NCBI GenBank assembly: GCA_963744145.1
Contig: CAVUSO010000001.1
Span: 4,768,001 to 4,832,000, forward strand
Direction of reading: 5' to 3'
DNA: 64,000 bases
Origin: an uncultured cyanobacterium
GTDB lineage: Bacteria > Cyanobacteriota > Cyanobacteriia > Cyanobacteriales > CAWUOF01
Part shown: one piece after another, positions 1 through 10,265 of the stretch
Numbering within the stretch: position 1 is the stretch's first letter
How the letters are laid out: every line of letters begins with the position of its first letter
Made by a program: the position numbers and the translations under genes
The notes under the pieces: generated by a model
What the model was told of the DNA's origin: nothing
Seen by the model: the letters and a program-made list of their open reading frames with translations, nothing else
The model's database searches: none

Positions 1-97
1 AAATATTTATCAGCCTATCCAATAAAAAACAATGTTGCAAGAGATCTAGTAAATAGCTAAGGTGATCGCTCTTTGAGGGAGTTAGGGTGCGATCGCT

Positions 98-502
98 TTA
101 TAACTCTACCCAATTCTCTAAATTTAAACCCTCTATTCTCGCTAAATCACTATCATTAGAAACCAAAATTAAATCTTTAACCATCGCTGTAGCAGCAATT
201 AAAATATCTTCGATTTGTATTGGTAAACCTCTTAATCTCAGATTAGCATGAATTTCGGCGGCTTTTTCTAATATTGCCAAATCATCTAAGAGAATAATAG
301 GATATCTTTGACAAAAATCTTCAAATCTTGCCCGTTGTTTAGGAGCCTCAATAGCTAAAAATCCTCTCCTAATTTCAAAGTAAGTTATACAGCTAATGAA
401 AATATTTTCTTCTTTAGCATCAACAGCTAAAATTTTTTGCAAAATTTGAAGATTTTGCTTAATTGCCAAAGACACAATATTAGGATCTAATAAATAATTC
501 AT
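98..502 (-). CDS. PIN-domain (VapC-like) toxin
   Basis: N-terminal YLLD.N, central E (TYFEI), C-terminal DILIAATA...LVSND motif typical of VapC/PIN nucleases. Confidence 0.85.
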   Translation of the reverse strand: MNYLLDPNIVSLAIKQNLQILQKILAVDAKEENIFISCITYFEIRRGFLAIEAPKQRARFEDFCQRYPIILLDDLAILEKAAEIHANLRLRGLPIQIEDILIAATAMVKDLILVSNDSDLARIEGLNLENWVEL

Positions 503-508
503 AATTAT

Positions 509-868
509 TTATTTCCGTTTAATTGCATCTTCAAAAATAGCCATTTGCTCAGGGGTAAAATCTTCACCTATTTTAGCCAAAAGTTGTACCGCCATCATTT
601 TATCACAACGATTTTTTAAGCTTTCCTCTGATATCCTATTAAATTCTTCAAAAGATAAGGATTTTTCAAACACTTCAGCTAAGTGTGCCACCAGTTCTGA
701 ATAATTCAGATCCTCTTTAAATAAAGGATCTTCCTCCATCAAAAGAGAAACGATCTTTTCAATTCTTTTAACCATTGATTCTTCTCTAATATCTGTTGAT
801 AACATAATGAGTACCTCGCTAAACTTCATGACTATTGTATCAGTTTTTTGAATTTTCGGCAATGTCAT
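509..868 (-). CDS. Putative antitoxin/hypothetical protein upstream of the PIN toxin (true start may be a later Met)
   Basis: Acidic small ORF ending 6 bp before the PIN gene on the same strand; C-terminal FTPEQMAIFEDAIKRK. Confidence 0.55.
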   Translation of the reverse strand: MTLPKIQKTDTIVMKFSEVLIMLSTDIREESMVKRIEKIVSLLMEEDPLFKEDLNYSELVAHLAEVFEKSLSFEEFNRISEESLKNRCDKMMAVQLLAKIGEDFTPEQMAIFEDAIKRK

Positions 869-1107
869 ACGATCGCTAATCTATACTAACATAGACATCT
901 CCAAATATCCTGGCGCTTCCAATTATCACTAATTACCATTATTGGTGAATTTTTAGGGGTGTTTGAGGTGCGATCGCTGGTTTTGAGGATTTTGGACGGG
1001 TGATTTCTGTGGATAAAATGCCTAAGCTTGAGGATGTTCTGGTTTAGTGGTATAATTATTGGGATGGATCTTGATATGGACTCACCTTAATCTAAACAAG
1101 GAGGAAA

Positions 1108-1524
1108 ATGCCAGCAAAAGATACTTACTATGAGGGATTTAAAAATGCCCTAATTAAAGACTGTTAGGAGATCGTTCGTGATCCCTATACCATTAGATAT
1201 GCAGGGCTAAAGTTGTTTGCTGATTTAGCAGGGAAAAAGTTATTTTCTGCACAAAAAGAAGACACTAATATTATAGTTGAGGTTAAAAGTTTTCTTAACA
1301 TTTCTCCAATCCATGAGTTTCAATGTGCTTTAGGACAGTATATTTTATATCGTACCTTATTAGCTGAAATTCATCCTAATTATCAGTTATACTTAGCAAT
1401 TGAGCAAGAGGTTTATGAAACCTTTTTTCAGCAAAAAGGCATCAAACTTGTTAGAGAACAATATCAAATTTTATTGATTGTAATTAACATTACTACTGAG
1501 GAGATTTTCAAATGGACAAATTAA
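1108..1524 (+). pseudogene. xisH: XisH-family protein with premature stop
   Basis: GGAGG RBS then ATG at 1108: MPAKDTYYEGFKNALIKDC*EIVRDPY...ADL...IIVEVKSF...ALGQY. In-frame TAG at 1165-1167 where XisH normally has W (KDGW). Confidence 0.85.
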
Positions 1525-1856
1525 ATCATTACCGTTTAATTATTAAAAAAATATTAACAGAGTATGATCAAATAGCTAATCAAACTCCTAATATTGCTGG
1601 AGTTGATACGATTTTGTCTTTTGATGAAGAAAGGGATCAATACTTATGGTTTGATGTGGGTTGGCATGAAAGAAAAAGAGTTAAAGCCATTACTGTTTAT
1701 ATTCGCATTAAAAATGAGAAAATTTATATTGAGGAAGATTGGACAGAAGAAGGTATTGCTAATGAGTTATTAAGGGAAGGTGTACCTAAATCTGATATTG
1801 TGTTAGCTTTTCATGATCCTGAAACTCGTAAATTTACTGAGTTTGCTGTAGCTTAA
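1512..1856 (+). CDS. xisI: XisI-family protein
   Basis: MDKLNHYR...FDEERDQY...GW...KIYIEEDWTEEGIANELLREGVPKSDIVLAFH; overlaps the xisH stop. Confidence 0.92.
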   Translation: MDKLNHYRLIIKKILTEYDQIANQTPNIAGVDTILSFDEERDQYLWFDVGWHERKRVKAITVYIRIKNEKIYIEEDWTEEGIANELLREGVPKSDIVLAFHDPETRKFTEFAVA

Positions 1857-2372
1857 ATTAATCAATCAACCTAACTATTTACTACCATGACAATTACCTT
1901 AGAATTACTTCAAGAATTAGAACAATATCACGGCTCCACCGCAAGGAACTTTAGATCCAGAAATTTTAGTTTAATACAGTTATTAACTGGGTCAAACAAG
2001 CTGCTTCTTGGATCTCATCCGAACCCGATTATGAGGAAATTCCGGAAATTGCCCCCTTCTGTAGGGAAAAAAAAATAAAGTTTGGCTGTGGACAGTTGTA
2101 AATAAGGCCATCGCCGGGATTATTGCTTGGGTAAAAAGGCGATCGCAGTGCAGAAACATTTAAACTATTAGGTCATTTGGTTTTCTTCCTTCTTTTCCTC
2201 ATTACGATCATACTCATCTCCTGCCCTAAAAATACTCGTACCCTGATCCAAAATAAATTTGAAAATTTGACGGTGAGTAAGCTACAGTTTGCGAGTACAT
2301 CTTTAATTGCTAAACACTACTAATTTAGAACCCAGTATGATACCAATATAAACGTAAAGTAACTCAAAGCTA

Positions 2373-3152
2373 ATGTTCTTTACCCGCATCACCCGGTTTG
2401 TAACCACGTCGATCCTCATCCTTGTCTTAAGTGTTTCCTGTACTACCCAAAAACCTGTTAAATTAACGGTTTCATCAGGTGCAGGTTTGAAAAATGTGAT
2501 GGAGGCAGTTCAGCAAGCTTATCTTCAAGATGCTCCCAATGTTACCATTAATTATAACTTTGCCGCATCCGGAATACTACGACAACAGATCGAACAGGGA
2601 TCACCTGTAGACATTGCTCTGCTTGCATCTCAACAGGATATTGATGCGTTGCAATCCCAACATCTTCTATTGGATGGGGTGTATAAAAATTTGCTGAAAA
2701 GCGAGGTAGTATTGATCGTGCCCAAAAATTCTACAGGTATATCCAGTTTTAAGGATTTGACCAGTAAAGATATCAAACGGATTGCGATCGGTGAGCCGAA
2801 AACAGTTCCATTAGGACAATATGCAGAAGAGATATTTCAATATTTTGGGATTCGCGATCAGGTTCAATCTAAGCTAATATACGCTCGTAGTGCTTTAGAA
2901 ATTATGAGCTATGTTGATTCAGGTAATGTGGATGCTGGTATTGTACATGACACAACTATCCAACCATCTCATCAAGTTCGGATCGCAGCGATCGCTCCCC
3001 CATCATCTCATACTCCAGTCGTTTATCCGATCGCTATTTTGAAAAATAGTCATGATCCAATTGCAGCTAAAGCCTTGATCCAGTTTCTCAGTAGCGATCG
3101 CGCCAAAGCAATTTTTCACCAGTATGGCTATGGGATTATTTCTGAGCATTGA
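2373..3152 (+). CDS. modA: Molybdate ABC transporter periplasmic binding lipoprotein
   Basis: Lipobox SVSC; NFAASGILRQQIEQG, IAIGEPKTVPLGQYA, HTPVVYPIAI motifs. No modB/modC adjacent. Confidence 0.85.
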   Translation: MFFTRITRFVTTSILILVLSVSCTTQKPVKLTVSSGAGLKNVMEAVQQAYLQDAPNVTINYNFAASGILRQQIEQGSPVDIALLASQQDIDALQSQHLLLDGVYKNLLKSEVVLIVPKNSTGISSFKDLTSKDIKRIAIGEPKTVPLGQYAEEIFQYFGIRDQVQSKLIYARSALEIMSYVDSGNVDAGIVHDTTIQPSHQVRIAAIAPPSSHTPVVYPIAILKNSHDPIAAKALIQFLSSDRAKAIFHQYGYGIISEH

Positions 3153-3163
3153 ATATTGTTTAA

Positions 3164-3916
3164 CTAAATCTGCTCAATTAGCGACTGTAACCACGAAAAA
3201 TCACTCTCGTTTAATGGTGGAACAGGTGGGACTGAATAATCAATTGTTGATTCTAAAGCGGCTTCCTGATAAACTTGTTCTAAAATATCAGATAGATTAA
3301 TTATTGGCTCTCGATCGCCTAACTGCAAAGGCAATAAGAATTGGGGAATTGATTCTTGGATATTAAATGGATAGAGTTCAGCTTCAGGACGAAGATTAGC
3401 TCGACTGATCAGAATGCGGTAATCTGATTGAATCGATTGGATCATTGGCATAAATTTTCCCGCTCTTAGCAGATCAATTTCCACTAAATGAGTTGCACTA
3501 TTTAAAACCTTTTGTCTTTTCTTTAGATACTTATTTCGACCAACCCCAGCTTGTTTATTTTTAGGTGAAAGTATTTCTATAGCTGTGATTACCCGTTTAT
3601 TAGGAACTTCTCGAATCTCTAGATAATATTCATTAATTTCTTCAGTCAAAGGTAATGTTACTTGAATGGGTTTATTTAAAACTGTTGTGATCACAGAACT
3701 TGATTTAATTTCAGGTTTTTGTTGTAAAACAGATGTATCTGGAATACCAATCAGTACAGCATCCAAGTAAACCCGTTTCTCCACAGCAGCACGATATTTA
3801 GGTAATAATAAGGGATTTAGCGATCGCGCCAACCCAGCAATCAGCCAATAGTGGACTTCTGACCATAAAGAAGGATTTTCTAGATAAGGGTTCATTCCTG
3901 GAAATTTTGGTGCCAT
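3164..3916 (-). CDS. DUF4058-family protein (PD-(D/E)xK-like)
   Basis: FPGMNPYLENP..W..VH, IEILSPKNK, HLVEIDLLR motifs. Confidence 0.85.
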   Translation of the reverse strand: MAPKFPGMNPYLENPSLWSEVHYWLIAGLARSLNPLLLPKYRAAVEKRVYLDAVLIGIPDTSVLQQKPEIKSSSVITTVLNKPIQVTLPLTEEINEYYLEIREVPNKRVITAIEILSPKNKQAGVGRNKYLKKRQKVLNSATHLVEIDLLRAGKFMPMIQSIQSDYRILISRANLRPEAELYPFNIQESIPQFLLPLQLGDREPIINLSDILEQVYQEAALESTIDYSVPPVPPLNESDFSWLQSLIEQI

Positions 3917-4081
3917 AATTGAAAAAAAGTAATAGTAGACAAAGATACCCTATATATTATATTTACATGGTTGTTTGTGTGTAGCAAATTCATCAGTAAC
4001 CCTACAGGTAATAAACCTGTTCGGATCTGGGATTATTTAGCAAAAAATCGATGAATTTATGATGACAATCAACCAGGATTT

Positions 4082-4140
4082 GTAGGGGCGGGTTCACCAA
4101 TCAATTTTGCTCCAAACAGATAACTATTATAAACCCGCCC
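4082..4140. repeat. GTAG-initiated REP-like hairpin element (second copy at 8982-9040)
   Basis: gtaggggcgggttcaccaatcaat...actattataaacccgccc; the copy at 8982 has a compensatory stem change (gcaggtt/aacctgc). Confidence 0.75.
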
Positions 4141-4223
4141 AACCAAACGAGATAACTGACTGTACATCAACCACCGAATCCGCTGTAATGTCAAAGCAAA
4201 ACCTTTTCCGGCTCAGTTTCCTG

Positions 4224-6323
4224 TCAATAGGTATAAACTATATAGGGAGAATTAATCGCACCTAATTGTCCAAGATTAACTTTCGCTTGGTAGAGAATTG
4301 CTGCTACTTCTCCTCTGGTAGCATAGCGATCGGGATTAAGTTGTTTTAAATTGGGATAATTAACTACTAAATGAGTTTTTGTCGCTATTGCTACTGCATC
4401 GATCGCGGAGCTAGGAATATGATTATGATCGTCATAAATATTGACTAGATTAATATCTCCTCCAGATAATCCTAACCCATTTACTACTGTAGCGATCGCA
4501 TCAACTCGTTTAATCGGATCATGAGGATGAAAGCTCTGATCAGGAAACCCGGACATAAATCCTGTTCGATGAGCTTGATGAATCGCTGAATTAGCCCAAA
4601 AATCATTTTTGATATCAGTAAACTTAACTTCTGGTTGTCGATCGGGTAAATTAGTTAAATCAAAACATTGGTTTAGTAATCCTGCAAATTGCGCTCTGGT
4701 AATCTCTCCATCAGGTTGAAAACTCCCATCCCCAAAACCTTGCATAATTCCTACTTTCCCTAAACCACGAATAAAAGCTTGAGCCCAATGTCCGCTTATA
4801 TCATTATATAATCTTTGATATTGTTCGGGTTTCATAATGTAAGGAGAATCAATTGATGCTGCTTGATTAATTGCGACTAAGCATTGATAAAGTAAAGCTG
4901 ATAGTTCAGCACGAGTAATATCTCGGAGTGGTTCAATTTGATTAACTTGAGGATAGTTGACGACAATCTGTTTAGCAGTTGCGATCGCGGTGATCGTGGT
5001 TGCATAGCTGGGAATTTGAGCGCGATCGCTATAGATATTTAGTAGTTCTGGATTCCCATCTTTCCATCCTAAACCATTCACTAAAGACGCGATCGCTTGA
5101 ATTCGAGTTAAATTTTGCTGAGGACGAAATCTTCCATCAGAAAACCCCGTGATAAAACCCATACTCTGTGCTTGTTTAATTGCTGATACTGCCCAAAAAG
5201 TATCTGGTATATCGCTAAAATTAATTATATCCTTTTTTGCTGGTAATTTAAACATTTTAGTAATAATCGCTGCATATTGAGCGCGATTGATCTTCCGATC
5301 TGGTTGAAATGTACCATCTGGAAAACCACTAATCATCCCTTTACTAATTAAACGTTCCATAAAATTTTGTGCCCAATGTCCAGCAATATCGGGAAAACGT
5401 CCTTCTGATTGAATTGGGGTGGGAGTGGGGGTAGAAGTTGCGATCGGAATAGGAAGTTTTGGACTAGGAAAAGTATTTGTTGCTAAATTTACTACTCCCT
5501 TAACTTTGGTTGGATTTAATTGATTTCCGACCGATAGAATAGGAGTTGCGGTAGTATTTTGCAAGTCAAATTTGCCATTATTGCGTAAAATATTGCCACC
5601 AGGATCTTGACTTTGACCTAAATCTGGTATAGCATCACTAACTACTCTTAAACCATCATTAGTATTATGTTCTAATAAATTTTTCCGTAGCACTGGACGA
5701 GCATTTCCATCTAAAATAATTCCATCACCATTACCCACAATTTGATTATCAGTAATTAGTGGTGCTCCATTACCTTTAATCAAAATCCCATAACCAGTTC
5801 TTTCCAATCGATTAGCTCGAATTTCTCCTTTAGCATAGCGATCGACTAATATCCCCGATCCCATATTAGCTGAAAATAAATTACCTCCAATCAGAGGTTT
5901 AGCATTACCCGTGACCACAATACAGTCCCGTTGACATTTAGTAAAAGTATTATTAGCAACTGTGGGTGAGGTAGAGTCGATCCAAATTCCGACACCATTA
6001 GGATTGATAATTGTTACTCCTCGTAATTGAGCATCATTTGCTAGTCGGAGGGTAATATTTTGTCCTCCAGCACCAATTCCCCCACCTTGAATCACCATCC
6101 CATTTCCTTTAGTAGCTTCTTTACCGATCACTACTACTCCGTTAGGAAATGCTAACGGAAATATCTCTCCATTATTAATGTCATAAATTCCCGGAGCTAA
6201 GTAAATAATGGTGCCGATATTAGCTTGTTTGAGCGTTTGGGTAAGAGTTTTTTTGGGTGCAGATTCAGTACCGAGGTTAGCATTGTTCCCCGTGCTAGGA
6301 TTAACATATAAAGTTTCTGTCAT
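4224..6323 (-). CDS. DUF1565/parallel beta-helix protein with two sets of S-layer homology (SLH) domains
   Basis: LYVNPSTGNN start, GE.FPL motif, beta-helix repeats, multiple F.DI..HWA / GFPDGTFQPD..I.RA SLH motifs. Confidence 0.88.
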   Translation of the reverse strand: MTETLYVNPSTGNNANLGTESAPKKTLTQTLKQANIGTIIYLAPGIYDINNGEIFPLAFPNGVVVIGKEATKGNGMVIQGGGIGAGGQNITLRLANDAQLRGVTIINPNGVGIWIDSTSPTVANNTFTKCQRDCIVVTGNAKPLIGGNLFSANMGSGILVDRYAKGEIRANRLERTGYGILIKGNGAPLITDNQIVGNGDGIILDGNARPVLRKNLLEHNTNDGLRVVSDAIPDLGQSQDPGGNILRNNGKFDLQNTTATPILSVGNQLNPTKVKGVVNLATNTFPSPKLPIPIATSTPTPTPIQSEGRFPDIAGHWAQNFMERLISKGMISGFPDGTFQPDRKINRAQYAAIITKMFKLPAKKDIINFSDIPDTFWAVSAIKQAQSMGFITGFSDGRFRPQQNLTRIQAIASLVNGLGWKDGNPELLNIYSDRAQIPSYATTITAIATAKQIVVNYPQVNQIEPLRDITRAELSALLYQCLVAINQAASIDSPYIMKPEQYQRLYNDISGHWAQAFIRGLGKVGIMQGFGDGSFQPDGEITRAQFAGLLNQCFDLTNLPDRQPEVKFTDIKNDFWANSAIHQAHRTGFMSGFPDQSFHPHDPIKRVDAIATVVNGLGLSGGDINLVNIYDDHNHIPSSAIDAVAIATKTHLVVNYPNLKQLNPDRYATRGEVAAILYQAKVNLGQLGAINSPYIVYTY

Positions 6324-6362
6324 TATTTTCTCTCTCGCGATCGCTAATTTGATTTAATTCTA

Positions 6363-6899
6363 CTAGCGACAACCCCAATGATCAATTTTCCCAAGACTTT
6401 TCAGAGCTAACATGGCTTTTTTTTCAGCTTCAATCCGATTTGCACCAAATCCCCAAGCTAGATTAGTCGGATTTTTGGCGATCGCGATACATTTATCTTG
6501 ATCAATTTGATTAAAACCAGTCTTTAAGATACAAGTAGCATTAAATTTCTTTTGACATTCCACAACAGCTTGTTTTTCAGCTTCTAATTGACTGGGTAGA
6601 GAGTGAATATAATAATAATCGTTCTTACCAGAAACTGGTGTCGCGATCGCTCCGTAAGTATGAGCGGGATTAGGAACATTCCCACCTGGAGTAATTCTTT
6701 GATCTACCAATTTTGCCGATGGTTGTGGTGATGCTAATTTTGCTGAAGATTGAGGTGTGGTTTGAGGATGGAATGATGCAGAAATGGTGTGCCAAGTTGT
6801 ACCAAGCGCCGTAATTACAGCCGCAAGTCCTCCTAGTATACCCGCCATTCCACCAGGATTACCACTACTTTTTTTATCATCACTATTTTCTTCGCTCAT
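6363..6899 (-). CDS. Membrane-anchored DUF4189-like protein
   Basis: N-terminal hydrophobic helix; YGAIA...EAEKQAVVEC...C...C.AIA...EAEKKA pattern. Confidence 0.6.
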   Translation of the reverse strand: MSEENSDDKKSSGNPGGMAGILGGLAAVITALGTTWHTISASFHPQTTPQSSAKLASPQPSAKLVDQRITPGGNVPNPAHTYGAIATPVSGKNDYYYIHSLPSQLEAEKQAVVECQKKFNATCILKTGFNQIDQDKCIAIAKNPTNLAWGFGANRIEAEKKAMLALKSLGKIDHWGCR

Positions 6900-6946
6900 A
6901 GTTTTATCTTAATTGTTATGGGTAGAAAAATTTGCCATTTTTAGTG

Positions 6947-6973
6947 ATGGGACAGGCAAGATGTCTGTCCCAT
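6947..6973. repeat. Short palindromic element gggacaggcaagatg(t/c)ctgtccc
   Basis: Hairpin; two further inverted copies at 8794-8857. Confidence 0.75.
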
Positions 6974-7039
6974 AAACAGTAAGACCTTACTACAAACTTT
7001 AGCAAAAAAAAGTGTAGTTGGTAGTAAATTGCCGATCAA

Positions 7040-8692
7040 TTAAGCCGTTGGTGCTTTAAAAATATATGGAGAATCAAGTGCAGCCAATTCACCCCGATAA
7101 ACCTTAGCTTGATAAACCATCATAGTCACCTCGGCTCGCGTCACAGCTTGAGTAGGATTAAGGTTATTTAAGGTAGGATAATTAACAATTAATCCCTGAG
7201 TAGCAGCAACAGTAACTTCATCCTGTCCCCAGTTAGGAATCTGATTGTGATCCGTAAAAACTTGCAAACTGAGGGTGCGATCGCTAGTTAATCCCAACCC
7301 ATTTACCAAGGAGACCATGACCTGAACGCGTTGTAAATTTTCATTAGGATGGAAAGTATTATCAGGAAAACCAGAAAGGAATCCACCCCGATAAGCTTGT
7401 TGAATGACTTGAGCAGCCCAAAAATTTGGATCAACATCTTTGAAATTAGATGGATTTCGTTTCGCAGATGGTTTAAAAGTTTTTACCAGTAAAGCAGCAT
7501 ATTGAGCGCGAGTGATTTTTGCATCGGGTTGAAAAGTACCATCGGGAAAACCATTGATCGCACCAATTGACACTAATCCTTCAATAAATGATCCGGTCCA
7601 ATGATTAGCAATGTCTGTTAATTTGACACTAGGAACAGGAGCGGGTGTTGGAGTGGGAACAGGAGCGGGAGTGGGAACAGGTTGAGGAGCTGGACTGGGA
7701 ATAGGAGCGGGATTAGGAACAGGTTGAGGAGCTGGACTGGGAATAGGAGCGGGAGTGGGAACAGGTTGAGGAGCTGGACTGGGAATAGGAGCGGGAGTGG
7801 GAGCAGGTTGAGGAACTGGAGTGGGAATAGCACCAAAATCTACTGCTCCTTTGATTTTGTCTGGATTGAGTTGATTGCCGAGCGCGACTAGACTAACAGA
7901 AGTAGCATTTTGCAAGTCAAATTGACCATTATTGCGAAAAATATTTTTACCGGGATCTTGGGCACTACCTAAATCTGGTAAAGCGCTAATGATAATCGTG
8001 ATCCCATCATCAACATTACTGTCAAATAAATTTTGGCGAATAATCGGTTTAGCCGAACCACCCACAATAATACCGGAACGGTTTTTTAGAATTTGGTTAT
8101 TAATAATCAGAGGAGCAGTATCATCTTTGGTAGAAATAGCATAACCAGTATTTTCAAACCGATTACCACGAATTTCTCCCTTAGCATTACTTTCTAAAGC
8201 TACACCATAAGAGTCATTACTAAGAAAGACATTATCAGTAATCGTTGGATTAGATGTACCAGTGGCAAAAACCCCTTCGCGTTTACATTGAGTGAAGGTA
8301 TTGTTAGCTATAGTCGGAGAAGTGGATTCGATCCAAACCCCACTACCTCGTAAATTAGGATTAGTGACAGTGACACCTCTTAACTGAGCCTGATCATCTA
8401 AACGAAAAGTGATATTTTGACTTGCCGCAGTAGGACTCATAAAAGTGCCACCACCTTGAATCAGAATACCATTACCTTTGCTGCTTTCATCCCCTACTAC
8501 TGTTACTCCCGTAGGAATATATAAAGGAAAAACTTCTCCACTGCTGGGATTATAAGTTCCAGAAGCTAGTTGAATTGTAGTAGTTGGGGTAGAGCTAGTG
8601 AGAGCTTGGGTGATAGTTTTCAATGGGGCGTTTTGACTACCTGTTGCCCCATCATTACCAGTGGTGGGATTGACGTAAAGGGTTTGAGACAT
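7040..8692 (-). CDS. DUF1565/parallel beta-helix protein, Pro-rich linker, SLH domains (paralog of 4224-6323)
   Basis: MSQTLYVNPTTGND start at 8692 aligns with the paralog start; three SLH motifs. Confidence 0.88.
   Translation of the reverse strand: MSQTLYVNPTTGNDGATGSQNAPLKTITQALTSSTPTTTIQLASGTYNPSSGEVFPLYIPTGVTVVGDESSKGNGILIQGGGTFMSPTAASQNITFRLDDQAQLRGVTVTNPNLRGSGVWIESTSPTIANNTFTQCKREGVFATGTSNPTITDNVFLSNDSYGVALESNAKGEIRGNRFENTGYAISTKDDTAPLIINNQILKNRSGIIVGGSAKPIIRQNLFDSNVDDGITIIISALPDLGSAQDPGKNIFRNNGQFDLQNATSVSLVALGNQLNPDKIKGAVDFGAIPTPVPQPAPTPAPIPSPAPQPVPTPAPIPSPAPQPVPNPAPIPSPAPQPVPTPAPVPTPTPAPVPSVKLTDIANHWTGSFIEGLVSIGAINGFPDGTFQPDAKITRAQYAALLVKTFKPSAKRNPSNFKDVDPNFWAAQVIQQAYRGGFLSGFPDNTFHPNENLQRVQVMVSLVNGLGLTSDRTLSLQVFTDHNQIPNWGQDEVTVAATQGLIVNYPTLNNLNPTQAVTRAEVTMMVYQAKVYRGELAALDSPYIFKAPTA
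7632..7830 (-). repeat. Coding tandem repeat, 42-bp unit (PAPIPSPAPQPVPT)
   Basis: About 3 near-identical units ggaacaggttgaggagctggactgggaataggagcggga plus degenerate flanks. Confidence 0.85.
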
Positions 8693-9251
8693 AAAAATTT
8701 TATTTCCTGAAAAAAACACAGAAATTGACTGAACTACAAGATTTAATGTTAAACCGCACTAGAATACAATAGAGAAGAAAGCAAAAATAAATAGGACAGG
8801 CAAGATGCCTGTCCCACAAAAGTGATTTTTTCTGGTGGGACAGGCATCTTGCCTGTCAATAAATAGATCAATAAGGACTTTTGCTTTCTTGTCTAATACT
8901 TCGGACAGGTTTTGATTACCCACCCCTACAGAAATTGGCAAATTTAGAATAAAATTGAACGGAAAATATGTCATTAAATTGGTAGGAGCAGGTTCACCAA
9001 TCAATATTGTCACAAATAGATCACTATTATAAACCTGCCCTGGCCTAACATTCTGGTCGATCGCACCAAAAATTATCATCAGACCATGAATTATATCATA
9101 AGTTTTGCCAAAAAAAAACAGGTGATCTTATATATTTGGATCGGATGGAATCGCGTTTTAGGTTTTCTATTCCGATCGCAAAATTTGAGGTAATATTTCT
9201 AGGGATTGATGATCCGTTTTTCACCCTTGCTTGTCCATCTAGATATTCCTA

Positions 9252-10262
9252 ATGATAGAAGTCGAACACTTAAGTAAAACCTACGGGTCTACATCTGCAA
9301 TCAGTGATCTGACTTTTGTAGTTGAACCTGGAGAAATTCTCGGTTTTTTAGGACCCAATGGTGCTGGAAAAACTACCACTATGCGGATTTTAGCTGGTTA
9401 TTTACCTGCTACTAGCGGGACAGCACGGATTGCTGGACATGATGTACATACAGATGCCATGATTGTACGTCAACGAATTGGTTATTTACCGGAAACTCCT
9501 CCTTTGTATCCAGAAATGACAGTGGAGGGATTTCTACATTTTGTGGCTAAAATTAAAGGTGTTAGTGCGGGCGATCGCCCAGGTAAAGTTAAATCTGCGA
9601 TCGCACGTTGTCATCTGATCGAACAACGGAAAGTTTTGATTCGCAAACTTTCTAAAGGTTTTCGTCAACGAGTGGGGATCGCTCAAGCAATTGTTCATGA
9701 TCCCCCAGCAATTATTTTAGATGAACCTACGGTAGGTTTAGATCCGCGACAAATTATCGAGGTCAGAAATTTAATTAAAAGTTTAGCGGGTGAGCGCACA
9801 ATTATTTTATCTACTCATATTTTGCCAGAAGTTAGTATGACTTGTCATCGGGTAGCAATTATTAATTCCGGTAAACTAGTCGCAACTAATACTCCCACCA
9901 AATTAATGACTCAACTGAGATTGGGAACAGGATATGAATTAGAAATTTCTCCAGATTTAACAAAAGCACAAACGATCCTAGCTAGTTTACCAACCATTAG
10001 TTCCGTTGAATTAATTCCCTCAGAAAATCTAAGTGCCGATCATTACCGTTTACGAGTAATCTCTGATTCCGAGGTAGAGTCAGCCCCAGAAATAGTTGCA
10101 GCTTTAGTACAATCTGATTTAAAGTTGTACGAATTGCGACGTTATGGTGCTAGTCTAGAAGATGTGTTTTTAAAACTAACAACTCAAGAAAAATCGACTG
10201 AAGAAAATCAAAATATTCAGGATACTTCAACGGTAGATCATCAAGCTGAATCATCAATCTAG
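9252..10262 (+). CDS. ABC transporter ATP-binding protein (GldA-like)
   Basis: Walker A GPNGAGKTT, LSKGFRQR signature, ILDEPT, STH. Confidence 0.92.
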   Translation: MIEVEHLSKTYGSTSAISDLTFVVEPGEILGFLGPNGAGKTTTMRILAGYLPATSGTARIAGHDVHTDAMIVRQRIGYLPETPPLYPEMTVEGFLHFVAKIKGVSAGDRPGKVKSAIARCHLIEQRKVLIRKLSKGFRQRVGIAQAIVHDPPAIILDEPTVGLDPRQIIEVRNLIKSLAGERTIILSTHILPEVSMTCHRVAIINSGKLVATNTPTKLMTQLRLGTGYELEISPDLTKAQTILASLPTISSVELIPSENLSADHYRLRVISDSEVESAPEIVAALVQSDLKLYELRRYGASLEDVFLKLTTQEKSTEENQNIQDTSTVDHQAESSI

Positions 10263-10265
10263 GAG

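Noticed and set aside
1887..2078. 63-aa ORF MTITLELLQELEQY
   Set aside because: Only the first ~14 codons look like an antitoxin start; the rest has no recognisable pattern, so probably a remnant
7618..7891. Alternative-frame ORFs over the Pro-rich linker
   Set aside because: By-products of the 42-bp tandem repeat
8759..9079. 106-aa ORF containing RQDACPT / GTGILPV
   Set aside because: Translation of REP-like palindromes in an intergenic region
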